Virus record (IMG/VR): IMGVR_UViG_3300023174_004481
Location: 8,542-72,541 of that record
Origin: a virus
Length of the DNA stretch: 64,000 bases
Strand: one strand, 5' to 3'
The position numbers and the translations under genes are program-made. Positions 42,362 through 52,700 of this stretch are shown here, piece after piece. Within the stretch, counting starts at the first letter, position 1, and each line of letters begins with the position of its first letter. The notes beneath the pieces were generated by a model that was given only the letters and a program-made list of their open reading frames with translations, searched no databases and was not told the origin of the DNA.

Positions 42362-43216
42362 TTATGCATGTGGATATCTGAAATCTGATAGTTCAAAATC
42401 CACAAAAGCACTGAATATTTCTGGATTAACGTTATTTTGATATTCATACCTATATGGTATGATTTTGCTAACATTGACAGTTTTAACATAGATTAAATTT
42501 GGATTAACTATACCAGAAACAAGATTAATATAATTAAAATTATTATTCTTGGTTATACCATAATTATCAAAAGGCATATTGCTTTGTGATATTAAAGGCA
42601 TATTTTTTCTGGCTGTATCTCTTAAAATGGAGCAAACTGCGTCCAAAGAGAACAAATTATCTGCCATTACTATTGCTCTTACTTGTAATAAAGTCTCATC
42701 TTGACCACCTAAAGCGAATGGTTTATTTTGACCACCATTGTTTTTTAAAAATATAGCTGGATAAGTTAATGCCGAAGTAGATATTCCAGTAGGATTTTGT
42801 GTTACTTTAGGGTTAATTTCAAATTTTGTTTCAAATATTAATTGTTCTTCAGCTAAACTAGTTAAATATATATTAAAATCTTTAACAGCGTAATTACCAC
42901 TTATTCCGCTACCAGCTGGATCAGAAGAAAAGAATGCATATCCTACATTTGGATTAATACCAGAAAATCCACTAGTTCCTGGATTTATATATGCACCATT
43001 CAAATATATGCCAGACATTAAATTAGCACCAGTAATAGATGAGTCTGCTACTACTTGTTTAAATGGTAAACTATAAGTATAAAATCCATTAACCAAACTA
43101 TCAACAGGATAAAAATTACCAGAATAATTAGTAAAAGCTTCACCTTTAGATAATATTTGATTATCCAACCAAAGCAGCATATTTGACATTACTATATTAT
43201 CAACTTGAGGTTTCAT
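42362..43216 (-). CDS. Putative tail terminator/completion protein
   Basis: Just upstream of the tube gene; YPAIFL, FALGG.D, RAIV.AD..F.LD. Confidence 0.55.
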   Translation of the reverse strand: MKPQVDNIVMSNMLLWLDNQILSKGEAFTNYSGNFYPVDSLVNGFYTYSLPFKQVVADSSITGANLMSGIYLNGAYINPGTSGFSGINPNVGYAFFSSDPAGSGISGNYAVKDFNIYLTSLAEEQLIFETKFEINPKVTQNPTGISTSALTYPAIFLKNNGGQNKPFALGGQDETLLQVRAIVMADNLFSLDAVCSILRDTARKNMPLISQSNMPFDNYGITKNNNFNYINLVSGIVNPNLIYVKTVNVSKIIPYRYEYQNNVNPEIFSAFVDFELSDFRYPHA

Positions 43217-43809
43217 CTTTTGATTTTGGTATAAAATTTATTCATTATCTCGCTCATATATGATATAGGTCTAAAGTCTCCTTGTCTAAATGATCTTCTT
43301 CCTTGTAAGCCTTTTCCAGATCTACTATTTTTAAACATTCTGCCGTAAATATATGCTCCAAATCCAGAGATGCCGTTTTCTATTCCTTTAATCCAACTGT
43401 TTCCTTGTTCAAATGGCAAAGATCCAACTGATTCAATTTCTTCAATTGAAGGAGCGACAACATCAAATTCAAAAGATAAATTAAGATCATTATTAGAAGC
43501 TTTTACTTTAGGATTTAAAGTTACAGTATTTAATTTATCTCTTACCACTTCTGTTGGATTAGATCCTTCTTGAAATCCTATATAAGTTGTTAAATTTCCA
43601 ACTCCATTTAAAGTTTGTGAAATATTTTCTGAATCAGCGCCAGCTTCTAATTCTTTAGTAACAGGATGATCATTATAATCTTCTAAAAGTTCTTGTTTTA
43701 TTTTACTAATTTCTTTTTGAGCTTGCTTTAGCGCTTGCTCTTTTAACGAGGAAAGATCAAAAGATTTTAATTCTTTTAATAAAACTGATTTGTTTATAGT
43801 CACAGACAT
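43213..43809 (-). CDS. Neck / tail-completion protein (HK97 gp10-like)
   Basis: Position; HPVT.E, SW..GIE.GISG, SRSGKGLQ. Confidence 0.5.
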   Translation of the reverse strand: MSVTINKSVLLKELKSFDLSSLKEQALKQAQKEISKIKQELLEDYNDHPVTKELEAGADSENISQTLNGVGNLTTYIGFQEGSNPTEVVRDKLNTVTLNPKVKASNNDLNLSFEFDVVAPSIEEIESVGSLPFEQGNSWIKGIENGISGFGAYIYGRMFKNSRSGKGLQGRRSFRQGDFRPISYMSEIMNKFYTKIKR

Positions 43810-44258
43810 TATGTTATCTCCTTGATGATAAATTCATAATATTGTTTTGTAAAATAATATTTTACTGTTCCGCTAGATATAACATTAAAAGATTTTCCAT
43901 CAAATACAATTTTTTCTGTTTTTTCTTTTGCTATGTAATCTTTAGCAGCAGAATCTACAATCATCGTTACATAATTTTGACTTGCAACATAAGCGTTGAT
44001 ATCTGCTATTAAATTTAAATCTTGATTGTTGTTATATTTTACAACAGCATAAAAATCTTGACTTCGTGGAATGTATTCTACTTGCTGAGAAGTTGCTTGT
44101 CCATTTTGACCATAACCAAATAGTTGAGTATCTATATTATTTTTAATTTTTTTAATTGGCTCTTTATGGACTGTGATTAGTCTTTTAAAAGTATCAAACC
44201 ATTGGGTTGCTGATTCAGAAAACCAAGCTTCATCATTTGCTGATATAAAGCTTGCCAT
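43809..44258 (-). CDS. Putative head-closure protein
   Basis: Position and size; beta-rich, KIVFDGKSF. Confidence 0.5.
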   Translation of the reverse strand: MASFISANDEAWFSESATQWFDTFKRLITVHKEPIKKIKNNIDTQLFGYGQNGQATSQQVEYIPRSQDFYAVVKYNNNQDLNLIADINAYVASQNYVTMIVDSAAKDYIAKEKTEKIVFDGKSFNVISSGTVKYYFTKQYYEFIIKEIT

Positions 44259-44262
44259 AAGT

Positions 44263-44775
44263 TTATAAACTTTCTATATTTCTACTGTAGCTATAAGATC
44301 TGCCTGGAGCTTCGATTGTATCATCTCCAGCAACTTGAAGAGGTTTTGCTTCATTAAGATTGTAATTCTTAGTAAGAATTTGTAATTCGTCATTAATTTG
44401 TTTTCTTAATTCTGCATAAGTTTTTGCTAATTCGTTTTTATTTACTCTTTTTGCTCTGAATCCATTTTGATCTATTTCAATTGTGCTATCTGTGCTAGCT
44501 GCACCAAGAGCATTTCTAAAAAGCCTCTCGTAATAGTGCATACTATAGATCATTTTAAATATACTTTTTTCTATATCTTTAAACTCATCTCCACTATCTT
44601 CTAGTACACCAATTTCAAGAGTATCTTCTGTAATATAATATTTTTTATTAATAAGAATGTTAAGATCGCCAATATTGGTTCTTAGCCAAAAAGCTATACT
44701 AGCTAAGCTAAGATCACTTGGCTCGCCTAATTCGCGATAAATTTCGTCTGATATATCTACAATTTTATTGGTCAT
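44263..44775 (-). CDS. Putative head-tail adaptor
   Basis: Position; helical; WLR.N.G.LN; GTGTAA at 44786-44791. Confidence 0.5.
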   Translation of the reverse strand: MTNKIVDISDEIYRELGEPSDLSLASIAFWLRTNIGDLNILINKKYYITEDTLEIGVLEDSGDEFKDIEKSIFKMIYSMHYYERLFRNALGAASTDSTIEIDQNGFRAKRVNKNELAKTYAELRKQINDELQILTKNYNLNEAKPLQVAGDDTIEAPGRSYSYSRNIESL

Positions 44776-44834
44776 ATAATAGATATTACACTATATAATA
44801 TATATTATAATCAAATTCTGAGGGTTATTTTAAT

Positions 44835-44894
44835 TTAATTTAAATAATTCCATCTTAGCCCAATGACTAAGGTAGTTTTATATAAATCATATAT
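44835..44894 (-). pseudogene. Orphan C-terminal fragment of a sixth array paralogue
   Basis: An out-of-frame reading IYDLYKTTLVIGLRWNYLN* resembles IYSLYKSTLGKGLGLP*. Confidence 0.6.
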
Positions 44895-45711
44895 AATTTA
44901 CATTTTGTCCAAGAGTCTTTTTAAATATACTTTTTAATAACTCTCTGTTAGAAAAAGTATTATAACTATTAAAAATAGCCACAAAATCAAACAAAGTTGT
45001 GCTTGTGCTGTTGTTTCTAGTTAGGATACTTAATGTACTCGGAGAAGTTCTAGTAAGACTAGCAGAGATTGGAGTTGTTGCACCAAAACGAGTAGTATCT
45101 AATATAGTAGTAATTGAAACGTTCGCCCTTGAATAAGCTATGCAATTAGGAATATTTAACATTGACGCAGTTGCGGCGCCATTTGCATAATTTCTAATTG
45201 CATCACTTCTAAAATAATTAAATGCAACTTGTCCTGTCCCTCCCGTGCTTCTATGACCATAAACTGTAGAATCTGTTGAAGAATATCTCATAGCGAAAAA
45301 TTCTGAACTTACATTTGTTGCTGTGCCTATAGGAGTAAAAAATGCTATAAAATTTGGCCCTTGAATTAAATCATTTATAATAAAATTAGATACATCTATA
45401 GTTGAAGAAAGATTAGGATCTAATAAAATTCCATTAGGAGTCCAAATTCCGTTATTAGTTATTGATCCATTAAATGCTGATTTTGCGAATCCTCCAAGGC
45501 TATAAACTGTGGTGCCAGAACCTGCATTATGAGGCTGACGCATTGGCCAACAAACCATATCGTCCCAAATTCCTATTTTTTTTATTTCAATAACAAATTG
45601 ATTTAATTGCCTTAAACTTTGCATGCTTAAACTTTGATTACCGCCAGCTATTATTCTAGCGTTATAAGCTAATACATCATTATCCATTCCGTATGTTTTA
45701 TTGGTTATCAT
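44887..45711 (-). CDS. Array paralogue 5 (conserved ends, variable LamG-like core)
   Basis: D.D..AY..RI..G, W.MR..HNAGSGTTVYSLGG, FKKTLG. Confidence 0.75.
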   Translation of the reverse strand: MITNKTYGMDNDVLAYNARIIAGGNQSLSMQSLRQLNQFVIEIKKIGIWDDMVCWPMRQPHNAGSGTTVYSLGGFAKSAFNGSITNNGIWTPNGILLDPNLSSTIDVSNFIINDLIQGPNFIAFFTPIGTATNVSSEFFAMRYSSTDSTVYGHRSTGGTGQVAFNYFRSDAIRNYANGAATASMLNIPNCIAYSRANVSITTILDTTRFGATTPISASLTRTSPSTLSILTRNNSTSTTLFDFVAIFNSYNTFSNRELLKSIFKKTLGQNVNYI

Positions 45712-46550
45712 GGTAGAGTTATTCCTTTGCCAATTGTACTTTTAAATAAACTTTCAAAACTTACAAAATTAATATCAATATCAAAAAAACAATGAAAAAT
45801 ATGAGTACCATGAAAGCCTGTTCCAAAACTTCCATTAGATGATTGAATAGATCCAGAGCTCCATCTACCACCAAATATAATACGATCATAAGATATTGTT
45901 CTTGGAATGTTAGTATTAGATGTAGAAGCTGATGTAAGAGTCGAAGAAGAATTTCTGCTTTCCGCTAATATTGTAGAAGAGTTAAAAGATCCTTTTACTA
46001 TTTTAAAAAGAGTATTTCCTGAAATATTGCTTGTGGAGTTGCTTTTTGATTCTGCGCCCCAACTAGTTCCACTACTACTTATTCCAAGAATTGAAATACC
46101 ATTGTTATAATAATTATTCGTACTAAGACTACTAACATAAGGATAACCATTTGTGAAATTTTCCATACCAGCAGGAGTACTCATAAATATAGAAAATAAA
46201 CTACATGTTTCAAGCAAATTGGGTCTTAGATTACAAGTTACATAATTAGAAAGAGAAGTTGTGGCATTTGCTATGCATACTAATCCTCTATCATTCCAAC
46301 TTGCAGTTGAAATATTATTGATTATACCATTATTAAAACTATCTCTAAAAGAGTAAAGAATATTACCACTTCCTACGTTATGATTTTTTCTAAAAAACCA
46401 AGCTTCTATCATATTATTGTATATACCAAGATCTTTTAAGCCTCTTATGAATTGATCTATTGAAATTATATCAGTTGGAGTTTGAATACCATTATAATTA
46501 AGGCGTTTTATATATTTTTTTGTATCGTTGTCTAATTGATAAAATCTCAT
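45708..46550 (-). CDS. Array paralogue 4
   Basis: MRFYQLD.DTK.Y; KSTIGKGITLP. Confidence 0.75.
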   Translation of the reverse strand: MRFYQLDNDTKKYIKRLNYNGIQTPTDIISIDQFIRGLKDLGIYNNMIEAWFFRKNHNVGSGNILYSFRDSFNNGIINNISTASWNDRGLVCIANATTSLSNYVTCNLRPNLLETCSLFSIFMSTPAGMENFTNGYPYVSSLSTNNYYNNGISILGISSSGTSWGAESKSNSTSNISGNTLFKIVKGSFNSSTILAESRNSSSTLTSASTSNTNIPRTISYDRIIFGGRWSSGSIQSSNGSFGTGFHGTHIFHCFFDIDINFVSFESLFKSTIGKGITLP

Positions 46551-47347
46551 GGTAGTCCAAGTCCTTTCCCAAGAGTAGATTTATAAAGTGAATAAATTAA
46601 ATCAATTGAATTTATATTACTTGGTAAAAAAATTGCACAAAACGAAGCAGTCATTGGATTTGCAAGATCTAAAGAGCCAGCGTTCCATCTGCCATTTATT
46701 TGAAGCCTATTTAATGTTGCAGTTCCAGATGTTGGAGATGCTCCGCTTGCTGATGTTCCATTTCGAAGATTTCTAATCCTTATAGTTCCACCAACTGAAG
46801 ATGAAATAGAATGAAAAACAAAATTAGTAGAAGCAGACATTCCATTTAAAATTGCGGTACTAGTAAGAAAATCTCCACTTGAATTTCTGTGAAATCCTTG
46901 AGCGTCTCCAGCTCCACCATTTGATGCAAAACGTATCTCGTTAGAATAAAAAGTAGAAGAAGACTGAACACCAAATATCATTGGATAAGAACCATAAGTA
47001 GTTCCATTTCCTGCGCCACAAAATAAAACTGTAACATCTTGACCAAGATCAATTAAACTTGCACTGATTTGTTGTGTACTGGAAAGAGATATACCGTTGC
47101 TTGCCCAAATTCCATCATGTGTTGCGGTTTGCATATTTAATCCGCCGAGTGAATAAACTATATTACCAGATCCAGCATTTTGATTTGATCTTAATGGCCA
47201 AAATGCTATATTTCCCCATAAATTTAAATCTTTTAATGCAACAACAAAATCATTAACAGAATAAATATCAGCTGGAGTTTTAATTCCATCAACAGCCATT
47301 CTTTTAAGATAGGCTTTTGTATCTCTGTCTAGTTTATAATATTTCAT
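46547..47347 (-). CDS. Array paralogue 3
   Basis: MKYYKLD.DTKAY; KSTLGKGLGLP. Confidence 0.75.
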   Translation of the reverse strand: MKYYKLDRDTKAYLKRMAVDGIKTPADIYSVNDFVVALKDLNLWGNIAFWPLRSNQNAGSGNIVYSLGGLNMQTATHDGIWASNGISLSSTQQISASLIDLGQDVTVLFCGAGNGTTYGSYPMIFGVQSSSTFYSNEIRFASNGGAGDAQGFHRNSSGDFLTSTAILNGMSASTNFVFHSISSSVGGTIRIRNLRNGTSASGASPTSGTATLNRLQINGRWNAGSLDLANPMTASFCAIFLPSNINSIDLIYSLYKSTLGKGLGLP

Positions 47348-48117
47348 GCTAGTCCAAGTCCTTTGCCTATTGTAGATTTATATAAAGAATAATAATTTAA
47401 ATATAAAGGATTAATATTATCATTAAAGATGACAACAGAAGAAGTTGTTGGATTTGGGTTTGAGCCAGCTGTAAGCCTATAATAAAAATCACCATTTGTT
47501 GTTCCATCTATATCCCAATTAAAACTTGCATTTGTTCCACCAGATTTATATGTTGTGCCAAAATAACCTTCAAAAGAAGTTGCTGATTTTAAAGAAAATA
47601 ATGTGCTTTTAAAATTATTTGAAGTTATTTGAGATCCAAGATTGAATTGTTGACCACCATCGTTTCGATATCCTAAATATTCTCTATTACCTCCTGGAAA
47701 AAAGAAATACCTATCTCTTGAAGCGCTAAGATGACCAAAAGCTATACTACTTGTATATCCACCAAAATTTGTATTATCTATTACATGAGTACTGAACGGA
47801 CTATTTTTAAATTTATATCCTCTTATAATAATATTCGAATTATCGATCCCGAAAAATAAACCATTAAAAGTCCAAACCGCGCTAGTAATAGTTCCATTAT
47901 ATAAACTATTTTTTAATGCATAAACTGTACTCCCTGATCCAGAATTTTGCTGTTGTCTTAATAGCCAAATCTCTTCTACGCTATTCCAAATATTTAAAAG
48001 TTTCAATCCTTTTACAAAATCACTAACACTATTAATATCAGCTGGACATTTATATCCAGCATCTACTATGCGCTTTGCATAATTTTTAACATCAATATCA
48101 AGATCATAAAATCTCAT
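47344..48117 (-). CDS. Array paralogue 2
   Basis: MRFYDLD.DVK.Y; KSTIGKGLGLA. Confidence 0.75.
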   Translation of the reverse strand: MRFYDLDIDVKNYAKRIVDAGYKCPADINSVSDFVKGLKLLNIWNSVEEIWLLRQQQNSGSGSTVYALKNSLYNGTITSAVWTFNGLFFGIDNSNIIIRGYKFKNSPFSTHVIDNTNFGGYTSSIAFGHLSASRDRYFFFPGGNREYLGYRNDGGQQFNLGSQITSNNFKSTLFSLKSATSFEGYFGTTYKSGGTNASFNWDIDGTTNGDFYYRLTAGSNPNPTTSSVVIFNDNINPLYLNYYSLYKSTIGKGLGLA

Positions 48118-48890
48118 GGTAATCCAAGTCCTTTTCCTATAGTTGATTTAACAATAGAATAAAAAGTATCAATCTGTGCTGATGAAAAAGCTCTGTCTGA
48201 AACTAATCCAAAAGATGTTGTACCTAATGATAATGGGCCTCCTCTTGGAAGCCAATCTCCAAAAGTTATTAAAGATGAAGGCGCAAAACTCATTGATATA
48301 TTTGATGTTGTTGCTGTTGAATTATTAGCTTTAAAAAGCAAAGTGTTAGTATCATAACTTGCGGCTAATTGATTGAATATTCCAACTGCAGTTGTAACTC
48401 CAAAATTATCATTTCCAGATCCATTATAAGCATCTAAACTTAATCTATCTGGACTAATTAGCGTTTTTAAAGCAAATCTGACTGTATTTAAATTACCATA
48501 AGAAATAGCTGGAGCTTCTGCAGAACTTCTTTTGGATACTGCAATTAAAGTTCTGTTAACTCTGCCTCCATTTGACTCTAATATAGCAGTCATATATTGC
48601 GTAGATACAGTCCTTATAATTCCAGTATTATCCCATACCATAGAAGCAGAAGACATTGTAGCATTATATCTATCATTTTTAAGAGCATATACAGTTGTTC
48701 CAGTTCCAATATTATGGTCTTTTCTCATTAACCAAACATCTAAAATATCAATCCAAAGATTATTAATCTTTAATTTTTTTATAAAATCACTAACATTAAC
48801 TATATCAGACGGAATTCTTCCGCCAGCTTTTACGATTCTGTTTGCGTAAGCTTTTGCATCAACATCAATATCATAGTATCTTTTATACAT
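48114..48890 (-). CDS. Array paralogue 1
   Basis: MYKRYYDIDVDAKAY; KSTIGKGLGLP; LamG-like GTTSFGLVSDRAFSSAQI. Confidence 0.75.
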   Translation of the reverse strand: MYKRYYDIDVDAKAYANRIVKAGGRIPSDIVNVSDFIKKLKINNLWIDILDVWLMRKDHNIGTGTTVYALKNDRYNATMSSASMVWDNTGIIRTVSTQYMTAILESNGGRVNRTLIAVSKRSSAEAPAISYGNLNTVRFALKTLISPDRLSLDAYNGSGNDNFGVTTAVGIFNQLAASYDTNTLLFKANNSTATTSNISMSFAPSSLITFGDWLPRGGPLSLGTTSFGLVSDRAFSSAQIDTFYSIVKSTIGKGLGLP

Positions 48891-49750
48891 TAAACTAGTT
48901 CCCAAGAAATATATTTAATATTTGTGCTTGGATAAGCTGCTACGCTAACTGGGCCATTATATTTTGGGGTGAAATCAAGGAAGTTTCCGCCATTATTATC
49001 AAATTCACTAGCTCCACCTTTTAATATAAGATTAAAACTACTACCAGTTATAACAGCGCCAGTTACTCCAAAGCTAACGCCAGTTGTTACCGTTGCTCCT
49101 GCACCAAATTTAAGATAAATATTTCCTGTGCCATAATTAGTAATACCCCAAGCAAGTCTACTATTATTGCCACTTAGTATTGTACCAACTCCAGTTTGTA
49201 TGGAATAATTGCTAGCATAACCACCAACTGGAGGAAATGCTGTGACACTATCAATATCTTTATCAAGATCTGCTTGAAGAGTTAGTGCGCCACCACCTTG
49301 AGAGTCAATATTTAATACTGCATTTGCATTTCTACCGTATTGAGGAAAAAATCCAGAAGCTACATCAACTGCTCGTCCTCCAACTGCTCCAAATTCAATT
49401 GGAACTCCTGATGAATATAATCCAGTACTAGTTCCAGATCCAGTTATATATCCAGTTAAATAACCAGAACAAAAATCATACTCTTCACTTGGCACATCAT
49501 AAAATATTTGCAATTTATCAGTATTGGCCATTGAGGTTGTATTATAACCCAATAAAAATCCGCTAGTTGAATTAACAGCTCCTGTAGTTGCTGAATCTGC
49601 GAAATTGTATATTATTTGTCCGCTACTTACATTAGTAATTAATAGTAGACTCTCAAGATTTACTGGATTTTGAGGTCCGTAAAGAGATGTTGGAAAATTA
49701 ACAATTTTGCTACTTGCTAAGAATTGGTATCCTGTTATAAGTTTTTTCAT
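48890..49750 (-). CDS. Virion structural protein
   Basis: LLLITNV..GQIIYNFA, M...DKLQIFYD (common phage fibre N-module); C-terminal R....I.N.G...IYLKFG module. Confidence 0.6.
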   Translation of the reverse strand: MKKLITGYQFLASSKIVNFPTSLYGPQNPVNLESLLLITNVSSGQIIYNFADSATTGAVNSTSGFLLGYNTTSMANTDKLQIFYDVPSEEYDFCSGYLTGYITGSGTSTGLYSSGVPIEFGAVGGRAVDVASGFFPQYGRNANAVLNIDSQGGGALTLQADLDKDIDSVTAFPPVGGYASNYSIQTGVGTILSGNNSRLAWGITNYGTGNIYLKFGAGATVTTGVSFGVTGAVITGSSFNLILKGGASEFDNNGGNFLDFTPKYNGPVSVAAYPSTNIKYISWELV

Positions 49751-49779
49751 ATATGTTTAAATAGATTACACCTTTTATA

Positions 49780-52700
49780 TTATAGGGCTATAGCATATGC
49801 TAATGCTAATTTTTTTGTATTTTCAATTTGAGTATTTAAATTAGACCCAGTTGAAGCTAAATTTGTGATCGTTGCATAAGTAGATGTTAAAGTTCCACTT
49901 AGAGAATTGATATTGCTATTTAAACTTGAACCAGTAGAAGCAAGATTTGAGATAGTCGCATAATTAGATGTTAGAGTTCCGCTTAAAGAATTTATACTGC
50001 TAACTAAAGTAGAGCCTGTTGATGCAAGATTAGTGATTGTGGCGTAAGTTGAGGTTAAAGTACCACTTAATGAACTAATATTAGAGTTTAAAGTAGAACC
50101 AGTGCTTGCGATGTTTGTTGCTAACGTACTTCCAGTCAAAGCAACATTCGAAATGGTAGCGTAAGTGTTGCTTAAGTTATTGATATTCGTTTGCAAGGTT
50201 GAGCCAGTGCTTGCAATATTTCCTGCTAACGTACTTCCAGTCAAACCAACATTCGTTGTTAACGTATTGATATTCGTTTGAAACGTCGAACCAGTCAAAC
50301 CAATATTCGAAATAGTAGCGTACTTGCCATCAACAAAACCGCTATAAGCGGTTATATCTTGAACTGATGCGATATCAGGTAAAGTTGAAAGGTCGCTATT
50401 TCTGGTACTAACTCCAAATTTAAATTTATTGCTATGATCAAAACCAATAATTGGACCAGTATCATTTACTCCCGTTAAACCACTTCCAGTAACAAAGAAT
50501 ATTCCACCATCTACTGCGCCACCAGTAAGATTCAAAAGAACATAAGGACTTTGAACATTAAAATTATTAGTACTAATAATAGTTTCAGTTCCAGTAACAA
50601 AAAGATTATTAATATAAACATTATCTCTAAAAGTTTTAATTCCGCCAACGCTTTGATTTCCATAAAGTAAAACTGAACTGCCACTTAGTGAATTTATACT
50701 ATTTTGTAAAGTATTACCTGTTGAACTTAAATTATTAGATATAGAATTATCTTGAGTATTAACATATCCGCTTAAGTCATTGATTTTTGTATTTAATGTA
50801 GAACCAGTACTAGCAAGATTAATGATGGTAGCATAAGTAGATGTTAGCGTTCCACTCAATGATCCAATCTTATTGTCTAATGAGTTGCCTGTTGAGCTTA
50901 TGTTACTTTGTAGTGTAGAACCAGTGCTTGCTAGATTATTAATTGTTGCATAAGTACTAGTAAGAGTTCCGCTCAAAGAGCTGATACTATTATTTAAAGT
51001 AGAACCAGTTGATGCTAAATTTGTTATTGTAGAATAAGTATTTACTACATCTCCAGTATAACCAGTAAAAGTAGATCGTACTATAACTGGATCACCACTA
51101 ATTTTTATTGATTCTTCTGTAATTATTATTGAATTTAAACCAATTTTAATTCCATTCCAAAAGAAACCGCTTTTTTGAACAACTAAATCTTCTGTAAAAG
51201 TTTTATTTCCGCTTATGGTTTGATTGCCAGTATTATAAACTAAATTATTAGCTAATATATTTCCAACTACTTGTAATTTTTCAGAAGGTATATTTGTTCC
51301 AATTCCTATATTACCATTATTTTTTATATATAATCTCTCAATACCACTGTTTGGATTTTCCGCTGTATAAAATACTATATCTCCACCTTGATTATTATAT
51401 AATTCAAATTCATTGCCATTCATACAGACTTGTGCGCCCTGACCTGATCCACCATTATTTAAAATTTCTAAAAGTGTTAATGCATTATTAGATTGGAGAC
51501 TTAATGTATATGGAGAACTTCGATCTAATATAGCATCACCAATTACTAAATGACCAGTTTTGATTTGATTGCCAGTGGTATAAATTAAATTATTTGCTAT
51601 AATATTTCCATTTACTTGTAATTTTTCAGATGGAGAACTTGTGCCTATACCTACGCTGCCACTATTTGTAATTCTCAACCTTTCATCTCCAGCACTATGA
51701 TTTGGTGACGTAAAAAATAATATATCTCCACCTTGCCAATTATATTGTTCAAAATCATTACGATTTATTCCAATAAACGCTCCTTCACCAGATCCACCGC
51801 TATTTAAAATTTCTAAAAATGTATCTTGATAATTCGTTTGGAGACTTAATGTATATGGAGAATTTGGATCTACTATAGTATCACCGATTATCAAACGACC
51901 ACTTTTAATTTGATTTCCAGTTGTATAAAGAATTGTATTTGGTAACCTAGCTTCTTCACCACTTAAAAGAACACCAGTACCATTTACAGTAGGACGATTG
52001 ATAAATTGTCCATTAGATTTTGTAACGTAATTTCCAGTAAGAGTTCCACTCAAAGAATTTATACTAGAATTTAATGTATTACCTGTAGAATTTAAATTTG
52101 TTATTGTGGCATAAGTTGAACTCGCTGTAGAAGAAGTTAGATAAGAACTAAGATCTACTCCAGTTATAAAACCACTAGGATTAGATTTGAGATAGTAATT
52201 TCCTGTTAATGTACCGCTTAAACTATTAATGTTTTGAGAGAGTGTAGATCCTGTATTTTGTAATTGACTATCAGTTGCATATGTTGCATCAAGATTTCCA
52301 GTAAATCCAGTGAAAACAGAATTAAGAGAATTTATACTAGAAACCAAAGTAGAACCAGTAGAGGCAAGATTTGTAATAGTAGCATAAGTATTTGATGCAG
52401 AAGATGATGTAAGATAATTTCCTGTTAAAGTTCCGCTTAGTGAGTTGATAGTATTAATTAAAGTAGCACCAGTATTTGCAAGTTGAGTATCACTTGCAAA
52501 TGTAGCATCTAAAGTTCCAGTATATCCTGTGAACAATCCGCTTAAAGAAATAATATTATTATTTAAATTAGATCCAGTAGATGAAAGATTAGTAATAGTT
52601 GCGTATGTACTAGATGCAGTAGATGAAGTTAAATAATTACCAGTAAGAGTACCACTTAAACTATTAATACTATTAACTAAAGTACTTCCTGTGTTAGCTA

